Shown here: positions 18,964 to 30,547 of the stretch, piece by piece
Layout of the letters: every line of letters begins with the position of its first letter
Numbering within the stretch: position 1 is the stretch's first letter
Origin: Candidatus Saccharimonadales bacterium
GTDB taxonomy: Bacteria > Patescibacteriota > Saccharimonadia > Saccharimonadales > 2-12-FULL-41-12
Length of the DNA stretch: 64,000 nt
Reading direction: 5' to 3'
Assembly: GCA_025451045.1 (NCBI GenBank)
Contig: JANWLD010000001.1
Span: 133,812-197,811, forward strand
The notes under the pieces: generated by a model
What the model was told of the DNA's origin: nothing
Database searches by the model: none
What the model saw: only the letters and a program-made list of their open reading frames with translations
Translations under genes and position numbers: made by a program

Positions 18964-20309
18964 TCCCGGCCTACGCCGATATAAACCAAGCCAGCATCTT
19001 TTACGGCTGAAATGTCCAGGCAGTTCATGCAGTCAACTATCAACTTGCCGGCCATTTGTTCCGACAGGGCTTTAAAACCAAGATTTTTAAATTGCGGCCA
19101 GTCTGTAGTGATAAACACCGCTTCAGCGTTTTTGCAAGCTTCTTCAGCGGAATCCTTTAGCGTAATCTGCGAACTTAACATTTCTTTCGCTTCAGCGTTT
19201 GCCTCCGGGTCATGAGCCGAAACCTCGGCTCCGCTTTCATGCAGGATATTGGCTAATTTAATTCCAGGAGATTTGCGCGAGTCACTGGTACCGGCCTTAA
19301 AAGCTAGGCCCAATACGGCAATCTTTTTACCGTTAAGACCACCAAGGGTCTGCTCGGCTTTGTCCGCGATATAGCTTGCCATTTCGTCATTTATTTGGCT
19401 AGCAGCAACCATGATAGGCATGTCCACGCTGTGGCTTAGTGAGCTGCTGATAAGTCCGCTGACATCTTTAGGAAAACAACCGCCGCCATAACCGCGGCCA
19501 GCATTTAAAAACGCTCTGCCTATCCGGGCGTCGGCGCCTACGGCGTCCATGACCTCAACTACATCTGCTTCAGTTTTATCAGCCAGCTTGGCTATGGAGT
19601 TAGCAAATGAAATCTTTAATGCTAAAAACGCATTGGCTGTAACCTTGATAAGTTCCGCGCTATCGAGGTTGGTTGCAATGTAACTGCCTTTGATATCTTT
19701 AGCCTTTATACCAGCTAGCTTAGCAATATTTTCGCGTACTTTTTCAACCTCTCTGTATAAATCCAAAACTTTTTCTACGGCTTTCTTATCGTTACCACCG
19801 ACTACTATGCGGTCAAAAAACAAAGTGTCGAAAAGGGCAGTGCCTTCCCTCAGGAATTCAGGATTTGAAACATAGCTAACATCTTTATCTTTGAAAGTTT
19901 CTACGACTTGGCGTCCAGTACCAACCGGAACGGTGCTTTTTTGAATGTAGACAGTACCCGGTTTTATATATTTGGCAGTTTCCTGTGCGGCATTGAAGAT
20001 ATATTTTAAATTTGAGCTACCATCGGGGTTATCCGGTGTGCCAACGCATGAAAATACAAAAGAACTTTCCGGTACACCGTCGCTGTAAGACGAAGTAGGG
20101 ATAAGATTTTTTTCGTCGACAGCTCTTTTGATAAGCGGGTTCATGCCTTCTTCATAAAAAAAGGACCGGCCTTCGCGTAGTGCCTGCAGACGGTCTTCAC
20201 TAATATCTAAAGCATAAACTTTGTAACCGGCATTAGCTAAGATAGCCGAAGTCGTTACTCCGACGTAACCGGTTCCGATAACGGTGGCTATATTGTTCTT
20301 ATTGTCCAT
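18960..20309 (-). CDS. ugd: UDP-glucose 6-dehydrogenase family
   Basis: GTGYVG Rossmann motif and GGGCFPKD catalytic-Cys motif. ATG 20309 is preferred over the TTG at 20318. Confidence 0.85.
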   Translation of the reverse strand: MDNKNNIATVIGTGYVGVTTSAILANAGYKVYALDISEDRLQALREGRSFFYEEGMNPLIKRAVDEKNLIPTSSYSDGVPESSFVFSCVGTPDNPDGSSNLKYIFNAAQETAKYIKPGTVYIQKSTVPVGTGRQVVETFKDKDVSYVSNPEFLREGTALFDTLFFDRIVVGGNDKKAVEKVLDLYREVEKVRENIAKLAGIKAKDIKGSYIATNLDSAELIKVTANAFLALKISFANSIAKLADKTEADVVEVMDAVGADARIGRAFLNAGRGYGGGCFPKDVSGLISSSLSHSVDMPIMVAASQINDEMASYIADKAEQTLGGLNGKKIAVLGLAFKAGTSDSRKSPGIKLANILHESGAEVSAHDPEANAEAKEMLSSQITLKDSAEEACKNAEAVFITTDWPQFKNLGFKALSEQMAGKLIVDCMNCLDISAVKDAGLVYIGVGRD

Positions 20310-21168
20310 GACCCGCAATATTTAACAGATATTTACCATAGCCGGACTTCTTCAGCGGTTCGGCAAGTTGTAATAATTGTTCCTTATTTATAAAACCCTG
20401 GCGATAGGCTATTTCTTCTATACAACCGATTTTAAGCCCTTGGCGCTCTTCAATGACCTGAACGTACTGTGAAGCTTGATTCATGCTGGCAAATGTACCG
20501 GTATCTAACCAGGCGGTTCCTCTGTCCAACAATACCACCGTCAATTTATCACGCCGTAGATATTCGTTGTGGATTTCGGTAATCTCGATTTCGCCGCGGT
20601 CGCTCGGTTTGACATTTCGGGCTATATCAACAACATTATTGTCAAAGAAATAAAGCCCGGGGATAGCATAATTTGACCTAGGGTTGGCCGGTTTTTCCTC
20701 GATTGACCTAACATTGTTACGTGCGTCAAACTCAACTACACCATAACGCTGCGGATCGGAAACCGGATAGCCGAATATGACTCCGCCATCCGGATCGTTG
20801 GCTGCCAGAAGTTTAAGCTCTAAATCCGAGCCGTAGAATATATTGTCACCGAGAACCATCGCAACCTTATCATTGCCAATGAAATCCGCGCCGACAATAA
20901 AAGCATCAGCCAAACCGCGGGGTTTTTCTTGGACTTTGTAAGTGAAGTTACAACCTATTTGTTCGCCGCTGCCCAGCAGCTGTTCAAAGCGCGGCAAATC
21001 CTGTGGCGTAGAGATTATCAGAATATCTTTAATGCCGGCACTCATAAGTGTACTTAGAGGATAGTAAATCATCGGCTTATCATAGATGGGCACAAGCTGT
21101 TTGCTCACAGCCATAGTAATCGGATATAAGCGAGTTCCTGAACCACCGGCTAAGATTATCCCGCGCAT
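20299..21168 (-). CDS. rfbA: glucose-1-phosphate thymidylyltransferase
   Basis: [18 protein letters not shown]...[11 protein letters not shown] is the canonical RmlA N-terminus. Confidence 0.95.
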   Translation of the reverse strand: MRGIILAGGSGTRLYPITMAVSKQLVPIYDKPMIYYPLSTLMSAGIKDILIISTPQDLPRFEQLLGSGEQIGCNFTYKVQEKPRGLADAFIVGADFIGNDKVAMVLGDNIFYGSDLELKLLAANDPDGGVIFGYPVSDPQRYGVVEFDARNNVRSIEEKPANPRSNYAIPGLYFFDNNVVDIARNVKPSDRGEIEITEIHNEYLRRDKLTVVLLDRGTAWLDTGTFASMNQASQYVQVIEERQGLKIGCIEEIAYRQGFINKEQLLQLAEPLKKSGYGKYLLNIAGHGQ

Positions 21169-21169
21169 T

Positions 21170-22021
21170 TTACTTGTTCTCCTGAATATATTTTTTTAAT
21201 TCTTCTTGCCAGTCATCCATAACAAAACCGGTAGACTTTATTTTATCAAGGTTGAACGAACTATGCAGGGGCCTTGGGGCTACACCTTCTTTGCTGGCGA
21301 AATATTTTGCGGTTGAAGTGTCGGTTACTTGCAAATCATCCCGCTTAAGTTCCGTGAAGATAACTCTGGTAACATCAGCCCAACTGGCTGGTTCACCACA
21401 GTTACTTACATTATAAGTGCCATAAGGCGCTTTGTTTGACAGTAAGTGATGGATTGCATTTACAAGGGGCCCTGTAAAGGTTAACCGGCCTATCTGGTCA
21501 TTGACTACTATAGGTGAAATATTCTTTTGGGCAAGGCCAATCATGGTGCGCACAAAATTCGGCCCATCACCGACTAACCAAGATGTTCTTAGAATGTAAT
21601 GCTTGGATGCGACTCCGACGGCAATATCACCAGCCGCTTTGGTCTGGGCATATACCCCGAGTGGAGATAGCGGTTCATCCTCGTCATGTTCACTCTTAGT
21701 ACCATCAAAGACATACTCGGTCGACATATGTGCCAATACAAGATCATGCTCTGCCGCCGCTTTTGCCAGCTGACTGGGTGCTGTGGCATTAATCTGCCAC
21801 GACAGCACGCGTCCTTCGGGAGTTTCAGCCCCGTCGACATCGGTATAGGCAGCGGCGTTTAAGATAATATCCACCTTGGACCAGTCATAACTTTTTATAA
21901 AGTTCTTGTCAGTGATATCAAATTTATCACGGTCAACTGCTAGTGCGCTGGGATATTTTGCCGATAAGGCCTTGCCAAGCTGGCCATTTGAACCGATGAT
22001 TAAGATCCTTGATTCGTCCAA
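21170..22021 (-). CDS. rfbD: dTDP-4-dehydrorhamnose reductase
   Basis: [19 protein letters not shown] and position in the rml operon. TTG start. Confidence 0.9.
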   Translation of the reverse strand: MDESRILIIGSNGQLGKALSAKYPSALAVDRDKFDITDKNFIKSYDWSKVDIILNAAAYTDVDGAETPEGRVLSWQINATAPSQLAKAAAEHDLVLAHMSTEYVFDGTKSEHDEDEPLSPLGVYAQTKAAGDIAVGVASKHYILRTSWLVGDGPNFVRTMIGLAQKNISPIVVNDQIGRLTFTGPLVNAIHHLLSNKAPYGTYNVSNCGEPASWADVTRVIFTELKRDDLQVTDTSTAKYFASKEGVAPRPLHSSFNLDKIKSTGFVMDDWQEELKKYIQENK

Positions 22022-22022
22022 G

Positions 22023-23566
<1,544 letters not shown>

Positions 23567-23573
23567 TCATCTT

Positions 23574-23579
23574 ATTATA
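23574..23579 (-). promoter_or_regulatory. -10 TATAAT (minus strand) 7 nt upstream of rfbB ATG 23566
   Basis: The plus strand reads attata at 23574-79. The 7-nt spacer aagatga has no SD. Confidence 0.45.
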
Positions 23580-23625
23580 ACTTCTAGGGAGGTACTTTAA
23601 AAACAAGTTATGCCGACTTAATGTT

Positions 23626-23634
23626 TGCTATACT
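23626..23634 (+). promoter_or_regulatory. extended -10 TGcTATACT 6 nt upstream of ATG 23641
   Basis: TG at 23626-27, TATACT at 23629-34, spacer ttttgc. Confidence 0.45.
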
Positions 23635-23640
23635 TTTTGC

Positions 23641-24123
23641 ATGAGCGATGAATGGGGAGCAAAGATTGTTTCCTTTGAAGAATTTGAAAAACTGCGTCCT
23701 AAACTGGGAAAGATAGTTGTTACCAGCGGCGGTTATGACCCGATACACCCCGGGCATATCAGCTGCATTATCGATAGTAAGAAATATGGCGACACACTGG
23801 TCGTAATCGTCAACGGCGACGCGTTTTTAACCGCCAAAAAGGGCAAGCCGTTCCAGAATTTGGAAACCCGCGCCCTGATAGTCAGCGGCATCGCCGGCGT
23901 GGACTTCGTAGTGCCGTTTGAAATAGAAAATGACCAAACGGTTTCAAAAGCACTGGAGGCGCTGAAACCCGATGTCTTTACCAAAGGCGGCGACAGGGTT
24001 GACGAAACAACGATTCCAGAATGGGAAACCTGCAAGAAACATAATATAAAGATTGTTACCGGCGTAGGACTGGAGAAAAAGTGGTCCAGCAGCTGGTTTT
24101 TGAATGAGTGGAATAAGAAGTGA
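23641..24123 (+). CDS. cytidylyl/adenylyltransferase-family protein (RfaE domain II / sugar-phosphate nucleotidyltransferase-like)
   Basis: VVTSGGYDPIHPGHISCI is an HxGH nucleotidyltransferase motif. The protein is 160 aa. Confidence 0.7.
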   Translation: MSDEWGAKIVSFEEFEKLRPKLGKIVVTSGGYDPIHPGHISCIIDSKKYGDTLVVIVNGDAFLTAKKGKPFQNLETRALIVSGIAGVDFVVPFEIENDQTVSKALEALKPDVFTKGGDRVDETTIPEWETCKKHNIKIVTGVGLEKKWSSSWFLNEWNKK

Positions 24124-24887
24124 AAAAACTTATAGCTTTTGATTTGGACGGCACGCTGGCTCCTAGTAAATCACACTTCCACCCGCGGATGGTAAACGCA
24201 TTTGATAGGTTGCTTGAAATATATCATGTCTGTGTAATCTCCGGCGGCAAATATGAATTATTCCAGCGGCAATTTTTAAGCCAGATTACCAAAGACCCGG
24301 ATTGCCTTAAACGCTTGCATTTGATGCCGACCAGCGGCACGCGTTATTACAAATTTGAAAACGGCGATTGGCAAGAACAATACGCCGAAAATATTTCTGC
24401 GGAAGGCAAGAAAAAAATCGCCAAAGCTCTGGAAGAAGGGCTGGATGAAGCCGGTTACAGGATAGAAAAGACCTACGGCGAGATTATTGAAGACCGTGAC
24501 AGCCAGATGTCCCTCTCGGTTTATGGGCAAGAAATAGTTGCCGAACTCGGCGAAGAAGGCGTAAAGATAAAAGAAGCATGGGACCCGGACGGAGCGAAAA
24601 AGCTCCGCCTGCGTGATATCATCGCGCCGAAGATTCCAGAATATGAGGTCAGAGCAGCCGGAGCAACAACCATAGACGTTACTAAGCCCGGCATTGACAA
24701 AGCATACGGGATGGAAAAACTGATGGAATACACCGGATTTTCAAAAGAAGACATATTGTTTATGGGCGACAAGATTGTCCCCGGCGGCAATGACTACTCG
24801 GTCGAGGAAATGGGCATAGATTGTATCGCTGTTAGAAGTTGGCAAGATACAGCTTACGCCATAGAAGGTATCGTAAAAGTTAGTTAA
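24120..24887 (+). CDS. HAD-IIB hydrolase, eukaryote-type phosphomannomutase-like
   Basis: The GTG start overlaps the upstream stop (GTGA). It has the DLDGTL motif I, VISGGKYELFQRQF and a C-terminal GDKIVPGGNDY. Confidence 0.6.
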   Translation: MKKLIAFDLDGTLAPSKSHFHPRMVNAFDRLLEIYHVCVISGGKYELFQRQFLSQITKDPDCLKRLHLMPTSGTRYYKFENGDWQEQYAENISAEGKKKIAKALEEGLDEAGYRIEKTYGEIIEDRDSQMSLSVYGQEIVAELGEEGVKIKEAWDPDGAKKLRLRDIIAPKIPEYEVRAAGATTIDVTKPGIDKAYGMEKLMEYTGFSKEDILFMGDKIVPGGNDYSVEEMGIDCIAVRSWQDTAYAIEGIVKVS

Positions 24888-24888
24888 T

Positions 24889-26739
24889 TTACTCGACGGT
24901 TACGGATTTGGCCAGGTTACGCGGCCGGTCAACATTCAAGCCTTTGTTGACCGCTATGTGGTAAGCAAAAAGCTGAAGGACTATTACAACTAGAAGCGGT
25001 TGTAATTGTTCGCGGACTTTCGGTATGAAAATTACGTCTGTAGCAAGCCTTTCTATATTGTCATTACCCTCGGTCGCGATAGCGATTATCGGGCCTTTTC
25101 GGGCTTTGATTTCCTCGATGTTGGACAGCATTTTATCCAGCAAGGGACCTTCAGCGGCTAAGGCTACTGTGGGGAAGTTTTCATCAATCATTGCCAGCGG
25201 ACCGTGCTTCATCTCTCCGGCGCTGCATCCTTCGGCATGGATGTAGGATATTTCCTTCAGTTTCAATGCGCCTTCAAGCGCGCAAGGATATAAATAACCC
25301 CTCCCCATAAACAGAAAGTCCCGGCAATCCGCGTACTTTTTAGCCAATTCTTTTATCTGCGGTTCGGCTTCCAGCACTTTTTTAGCTTTTTCCGGCAGAA
25401 CGGAAAGTTCCTTTAAAAGCGGCGAGAAAAGTTTGGATTTGCCGTCAGATAAATGCAAAGCGATTTCGGCTAAAATGGTAACCTGCGCCATAAAAGCCTT
25501 GGTAGAAGCCACCGATTGTTCCGGCCCGGCATGGCAATAAACGCCGGCATCAGTAATACGGGCAATGGTTGAACCGGTTGCATTAACAATCCCCAGCTTT
25601 AATATGCCGTAATCCTCCACTTTTTTAATAGCGGCAATGGTGTCTGCCGTTTCGCCTGATTGTGAAATAGCAATGACCGCGGTATTACGAGTAAAAGGCT
25701 CGCTCCTGTATTTAAATTCACTGGCCAGTTCTACTTCTACCGGTATACCGGCGATTTCTTCTATCAAATACTCACCCAAAAGTCCGGCATAGTACGACGT
25801 GCCGCAAGCGGTGATAATAATACGGTCAATATGTGTCAATTGCTGTTTGACTGCTTCCAAACCGCCAAGCTTTACGGTGTTGATTGACGGCTTTACCCGC
25901 CCGCGGGTAGCGCTTTCAATCGTGGCTGGCGCTTCATGGATTTCCTTTAGCATAAAGTGGGGGTATTTGCCGATGTCCGATTCCTCAGCCTCATAGTCCA
26001 GTTCAACCACCTCGCCAGTAGCGGCTTTTGCTCCGTCAAGGCTCTCAATATGGACTTTATCTGCTTTAATTTCAGCAACTTCAAAATCATTTAAAAAAAT
26101 CACTTTTTTAGTATTGTTAATCAGCGCGCTGGGGTCAGAGGCTATAAAATGCTCGTTTTCACCCACGCCGATGACTATCGGGCTAGACAGTCGGGCGGCA
26201 TACAGGACTTCCGGCTTATCAATGCAGTAAGTAGCTATCGCATAAGCGCCGCGCAGGTCGCTGACAGCCATCTTGAAAGCCGTGAAGAAGTCCTCGCCTT
26301 CTTTTAAATACGAATCGATAAGGTGAGGAATAACCTCGGTATCGGTTTCGGAAACGAATTTATAGCCTTTTTCCTCCAAAGTTGATTTTAGTTCCTGATA
26401 ATTTTCGATTATGCCGTTACAGACGACGAATATCTTCTTGTCCGCGTTGGTGTGCGGGTGGGCGTTTACCTTAGTGGGGCGGCCATGGGTTGCCCACCGA
26501 GTATGTCCGATGCCGCAGGAAAGCTTTGAATCGACTGTTTGATAAGTATTGCCGTTTTCAGCTACGAGCTTAGCCAAACTGTTAACTCGCCCGGCGTTTT
26601 TAAGGTAAATCAACTTACCGCCGTCGGTTGTAGCGATGCCGGCGGAATCATAACCGCGGTACTCAAGCGCCCGAAGTCCATTGATGACAAAATCCGTAGC
26701 TGAGTTCTTATCGCCGATGTAACCGACAATTCCGCACAT
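24889..26739 (-). CDS. glmS: glutamine--fructose-6-phosphate aminotransferase
   Basis: MCGIVGYIG N-terminal nucleophile, SIS-domain motifs and a C-terminal KSVTVE. Confidence 0.95.
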   Translation of the reverse strand: MCGIVGYIGDKNSATDFVINGLRALEYRGYDSAGIATTDGGKLIYLKNAGRVNSLAKLVAENGNTYQTVDSKLSCGIGHTRWATHGRPTKVNAHPHTNADKKIFVVCNGIIENYQELKSTLEEKGYKFVSETDTEVIPHLIDSYLKEGEDFFTAFKMAVSDLRGAYAIATYCIDKPEVLYAARLSSPIVIGVGENEHFIASDPSALINNTKKVIFLNDFEVAEIKADKVHIESLDGAKAATGEVVELDYEAEESDIGKYPHFMLKEIHEAPATIESATRGRVKPSINTVKLGGLEAVKQQLTHIDRIIITACGTSYYAGLLGEYLIEEIAGIPVEVELASEFKYRSEPFTRNTAVIAISQSGETADTIAAIKKVEDYGILKLGIVNATGSTIARITDAGVYCHAGPEQSVASTKAFMAQVTILAEIALHLSDGKSKLFSPLLKELSVLPEKAKKVLEAEPQIKELAKKYADCRDFLFMGRGYLYPCALEGALKLKEISYIHAEGCSAGEMKHGPLAMIDENFPTVALAAEGPLLDKMLSNIEEIKARKGPIIAIATEGNDNIERLATDVIFIPKVREQLQPLLVVIVLQLFAYHIAVNKGLNVDRPRNLAKSVTVE

Positions 26740-26835
26740 TTTAAATCATTCCTAAGCTAAATTTAAGAAATAAATTAATCTGGTTTTTCATAAACAAAAT
26801 CCTTTCGGCCTGGCAGTCGGATTAAAACAGGATGC

Positions 26836-27939
26836 TCAGATATTATCTACCAGTCTGGTTATTTTACTGCGAAAAGCTTGTATCGAGAAGTAGCTCGCGG
26901 ACTTTTTTATATCACTCTGGGTATATTTATCAGGGTTAAAGCCGGATAAAACCTTGGCCAGCGCTGCCGCTGTCTGAGGATAAAAGAACAAGCCGTTCTT
27001 GCCGGGTTTGATGTAATCCATAGCACCGCCGCCTCGAAAAGCGATTACCGGCGTACCGGCTGACAACGCCTCGACGGCGGCTATACCGAAATCATCAAGC
27101 CCGGGGAAGATAAAAGCTTTAGCCAAGCCGACCGCCTCCGCCAGTTCATCTGCCGAGTCCAACCTGCCAGTAAAAGCCACAGTCGGACCGGCCAATGCTT
27201 TTAACCTCCGGTGCTGTGGCCCGCTGCCAATCACCGTTAAGGGCAGCTTAAGCTTGCTGCAAGCCTTAACCGCTAGATCTATTTGCTTATAAGGAGTCTG
27301 CCGGCCGGTTATCACAAAACCGCCGCGTTTTTTCGGGTTTGCAGAGCGAGAGACAAACTTATTGGTATCAACTGGCGGATGGATAACCATAGATTCGCGG
27401 TTATAATATTTTTTTATCTGTTTTTGGGTATGGGTTGAGTTAGCGACCAATACATTCGGTAGCTGGCTGGCCTTATAATCCCATTTTCTCATTGGACCGA
27501 CCAGCAATCGGAGCCCGATTCTAGCCAGCCAGTTGAATATACCGAAACCCGGATTGGCCAGGTACTGCTGATAACGGCTCCAATAGTAGTGGGTTGGCGC
27601 ATTGACCAAGGATATATGAACTCCATCAATGACATTGACCGCTTTAGCTTCGGCGCCGGTTACCGAAATGACTATATCAAAACCTTTGAGCTTGAGCCGT
27701 GAAAACCACATGGCGCGGAGATATGGTATGTACTTGCGAAGCATCGAAAACGGCCAGTATTGCAGATAGCCGGTAATCACTTTGGCTGGAAACAGCTTTT
27801 GTTTCCATTCACGGCTGGCATATGAGGTATAGACTGGTGCCTCCGGGTACATGGTGTGAAGCTCAAAGACTACGTTTTCAGCTCCACCGTGCAGCAGCCA
27901 GTCGCAGACTATCGCAATGCGTGGGTGGGATTTGCTCAT
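26836..27939 (-). CDS. GT-B fold glycosyltransferase (family 4-like)
   Basis: RIAIVCDWLLHGGAENV N-terminus and C-terminal FIFPGLDDFGIAAVEALSAGTPVIA. Confidence 0.8.
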   Translation of the reverse strand: MSKSHPRIAIVCDWLLHGGAENVVFELHTMYPEAPVYTSYASREWKQKLFPAKVITGYLQYWPFSMLRKYIPYLRAMWFSRLKLKGFDIVISVTGAEAKAVNVIDGVHISLVNAPTHYYWSRYQQYLANPGFGIFNWLARIGLRLLVGPMRKWDYKASQLPNVLVANSTHTQKQIKKYYNRESMVIHPPVDTNKFVSRSANPKKRGGFVITGRQTPYKQIDLAVKACSKLKLPLTVIGSGPQHRRLKALAGPTVAFTGRLDSADELAEAVGLAKAFIFPGLDDFGIAAVEALSAGTPVIAFRGGGAMDYIKPGKNGLFFYPQTAAALAKVLSGFNPDKYTQSDIKKSASYFSIQAFRSKITRLVDNI

Positions 27940-29369
27940 TTAGCCCCTTTGGCGCTAAAAACGGCCCTAAGCGTCCGCAGCAGGATGATTATATCCAGCC
28001 AGAAGCTCCAATTCTGCACATAATACAGGTCCAGCCGCCGGCGTTCCTCAAAACTGATGTTCAGCCGCCCCGATACTTGGGCCAGGCCGGTCATACCGGA
28101 TTTTACGCTGAGGATATGATGTTTCTGAAAATACTTTTCCAACTCTTCGGGGATAAGCGCCCGTGGTCCGACGAGGCTGATATCTCCCCGGATGACGTTA
28201 AAAAGCTGGGGAAGTTCATCGATACTGGTCCTGCGTAAAAAACGGCCAAAACCGGAAACCCGAGGGTCGTTTTCCAAAAAATCGCCATTTTGGCGGTATT
28301 TTTTCGCCAGCTCAGGCTTGCCAAGCATCCCAAAAGCTTCTTCCGGTGTCGTACCGTCGAACTTTTGGCTTTGGGAGCGGAATTTATAGACCGTAAACGA
28401 CTTATTAAACTGGGTCAGCCTGGTTTGGCTAAAGAAGATTTTTTCACGGGGATGGCTTATTTTTAGCAAAATAGCGGCAGCCAGCATAATCGGAGAGGTA
28501 ATTATTAAGATAATAAGCCCTAAAACCAAATCGAATATTCTTTTTACAACCCGGCCCCAACCGATTAAAGCTGTCTGATGCACGGTGACCATCGGTATTT
28601 CCCGGAACAACTCAACTTCAATATTACCGGTGTAAAGTTCACTGCCTGCCGGCATGAAACGGAATTCTATATGGTGTCTTTGGGCGAAAGACAGTATTTC
28701 TGAGTTCTTGTCATCCTCATGGTAGATTTCCGTTTGGACGATGCTGTGGATATTGTATTTTTTAAGCTTGGATTTGGCTTCGTCCAGGCTTAAAAATACC
28801 GGAACATCCGGAAATGTCGATACTGCTTTGCCGACAATGCCGATTATCCGATAACCGGTTTTTGGAGTATCGGCGAACTGGCTGAATACACTTTTAACGC
28901 CTTTGCCGCTGCCGACTACCAGTAGGTTGGTAAGGCCGATGTTATAAGAGAACAGGACGGAGCGGATTGCTCTGGCCAAAGTACGGAAAATTATCAAAAA
29001 TCCGAGGCTTAAGCCAAAACCGTAGACAACGACCAGCCGGGCCGGGAACAGGGTATTATTAGTAACAAAATCATAGCCAACTACTGCTAATATCCCAAGG
29101 ACAGAACCGAGGATAAGCTTACCTAATTCCGTGAACCGGCTTTCAAATACATTTCTTGAATATAGTCCGATAACACCGTTGATAATAATCCACAGCGGCA
29201 ACACCATAAGTATCGCCAGCAAGTAATCCTCTGCTGGTATCTGGTGGATAAGCGGGCGCGGGTCATGTTTAACCCGGATAATGTAGGCGACCGAGAAGGC
29301 GCCCGTAAGTGCCAGAAAATCACCGACTACCAGAACCAAGCGGTAGACCAAGGATGCGTTGCTCTTCAT
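27936..29369 (-). CDS. polyprenyl-phosphate hexose-1-phosphate transferase (WbaP/CpsE-type priming sugar transferase)
   Basis: [21 protein letters not shown]...[24 protein letters not shown] 29369 has an AGGAG 8 nt upstream. The ORF track start at 29399 is less likely. Confidence 0.85.
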   Translation of the reverse strand: MKSNASLVYRLVLVVGDFLALTGAFSVAYIIRVKHDPRPLIHQIPAEDYLLAILMVLPLWIIINGVIGLYSRNVFESRFTELGKLILGSVLGILAVVGYDFVTNNTLFPARLVVVYGFGLSLGFLIIFRTLARAIRSVLFSYNIGLTNLLVVGSGKGVKSVFSQFADTPKTGYRIIGIVGKAVSTFPDVPVFLSLDEAKSKLKKYNIHSIVQTEIYHEDDKNSEILSFAQRHHIEFRFMPAGSELYTGNIEVELFREIPMVTVHQTALIGWGRVVKRIFDLVLGLIILIITSPIMLAAAILLKISHPREKIFFSQTRLTQFNKSFTVYKFRSQSQKFDGTTPEEAFGMLGKPELAKKYRQNGDFLENDPRVSGFGRFLRRTSIDELPQLFNVIRGDISLVGPRALIPEELEKYFQKHHILSVKSGMTGLAQVSGRLNISFEERRRLDLYYVQNWSFWLDIIILLRTLRAVFSAKGAK

Positions 29370-29570
29370 CTCAAAAACTCCTGCCGGTTGTCCTGCCAAC
29401 CAGCAAAGCTGGTTGCACTGACACCCTTTTGGTATATATAAGCATTTTTTCTTTCCAGTCCTCGCGCGTCGTACCTCTTGTACGACTTACTCCGGCCTTC
29501 AAGAATAAAATGTTATCTATCCTCAAACGCGGAGTTTCTGGTATCAGTATCATTTAGAGTATTATACCAG

Positions 29571-29579
29571 TGTTATAAT
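29571..29579 (+). promoter_or_regulatory. extended -10 TGtTATAAT upstream of gtrA-like operon
   Basis: TG at 29571-72 and TATAAT at 29574-79. ATG 29601 lies 21 nt downstream. Confidence 0.45.
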
Positions 29580-29600
29580 CAGGTTGAGATAACCATCGCT

Positions 29601-30092
29601 ATGGCTAAGAAAAAACAAAAAAACGAAATAACCCGAATAGTCGAGTATATGATAAGCGGCGGGGCTTACTTCTGGTCCGGTTATGCCGTGTTTGGTTTTC
29701 TCGACAAAATAGTCGGCGCCAGCTTTTTCTGGGCCAAATCCGTTTCGACGCTGGCCGGCTGGACGGTGAATTATCTCCTACAAAGATATTGGGTGTTTAA
29801 AAACCCAAAATTGGCCAAACATCAGACTGAGGTCACCGGACGCTATATCTTTATCACGCTGGTTGATTTCGTATTGGACTTTTTAATCGTCTATTATCTG
29901 AAACAAGCCGGCATAACGCCTTATATCGGCCAGTTCGTTTCAGCCGGTTTCTTTACCGTCTGGAATTATTTCTGGTACCGCTTCTGGGTCTTTCCTGACA
30001 AATTCAAAACTTTGCCGAAAAAGCGCCAAACCTTACCACGTGTCATAGCTCACCGAGCGCATGGCCACAGCGCTTATCGGAGGCCGGTATGA
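29601..30092 (+). CDS. GtrA-family membrane protein (putative polyprenyl-P-sugar flippase)
   Basis: The MAKKKQKNE start precedes four TM helices. WTVNYLLQRYWVFKN is a typical GtrA motif. Confidence 0.75.
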   Translation: MAKKKQKNEITRIVEYMISGGAYFWSGYAVFGFLDKIVGASFFWAKSVSTLAGWTVNYLLQRYWVFKNPKLAKHQTEVTGRYIFITLVDFVLDFLIVYYLKQAGITPYIGQFVSAGFFTVWNYFWYRFWVFPDKFKTLPKKRQTLPRVIAHRAHGHSAYRRPV

Positions 30093-30538
30093 ACACTAAA
30101 GAAAGGCCGACCAAGAAACAATATGAACTTTTAAAGTTTATCGAAACCTTCGTAGCTGAGAAGGGCTACGGCCCAAGCTATCGCGAGATAATGTCTGGTT
30201 GCAACTACACATCCGTATCGACCGTCGCGTTGCATGTTAATAACCTGATAAAACGCGGTCATTTGCGCAAAAAAGACCGCTCGGCCCGTTCGCTGGAAGT
30301 AGTTGATTCCTTAGATAGTGATATGCATAAAATCAGAAGCAATCAGATCAAGCCCAGTGAAGAAAAATGGCTGATTGAACACATAGAATATCGTTTTGCG
30401 CAGGCTGAGAGTAGCCGGCCAAGTGAAGCCGAACTAGACGGGCTGTATGTGCTGGTCGGGGCGCTAAAAGTACTGGAACTGGAGGGCGCGGCGAATTCAT
30501 TTACGCCCAGACTTAATAAATTAAAAGAACGGCTATAA
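30089..30538 (+). CDS. LexA-type winged-helix DNA-binding domain protein lacking the S24 peptidase domain
   Basis: TKKQYELLKFIETFVAEKGYGPSYREIMSGCNYTSVSTVALHVNNLIKRGHLRK aligns with the LexA N-terminal domain. The remaining ~70 aa are too short for S24 and lack its motifs. ATGA overlap with gtrA. Confidence 0.65.
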   Translation: MNTKERPTKKQYELLKFIETFVAEKGYGPSYREIMSGCNYTSVSTVALHVNNLIKRGHLRKKDRSARSLEVVDSLDSDMHKIRSNQIKPSEEKWLIEHIEYRFAQAESSRPSEAELDGLYVLVGALKVLELEGAANSFTPRLNKLKERL

Positions 30539-30547
30539 TAAGACTTT

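Noticed and set aside
20310-20318. TTG start of ugd from the ORF track
   Set aside because: ATG 20309 gives the usual short N-terminus before the GTGYVG Rossmann motif. The TTG only adds 3 residues inside the rfbA 3' end.
26740-26835. glmS ribozyme upstream of glmS
   Set aside because: Only 96 nt separate glmS from the upstream gene. Part of that gap is a weak terminator-like hairpin, and I see no glmS-ribozyme core. An ordinary SD (aggaa) precedes the ATG.
29478-29600. N-terminal 41-aa extension of the GtrA ORF in the track
   Set aside because: The extension starts at a non-ATG codon and covers the promoter-like region (TGtTATAAT at 29571-79). The GtrA family begins at the MAKKKQKNE methionine (29601).
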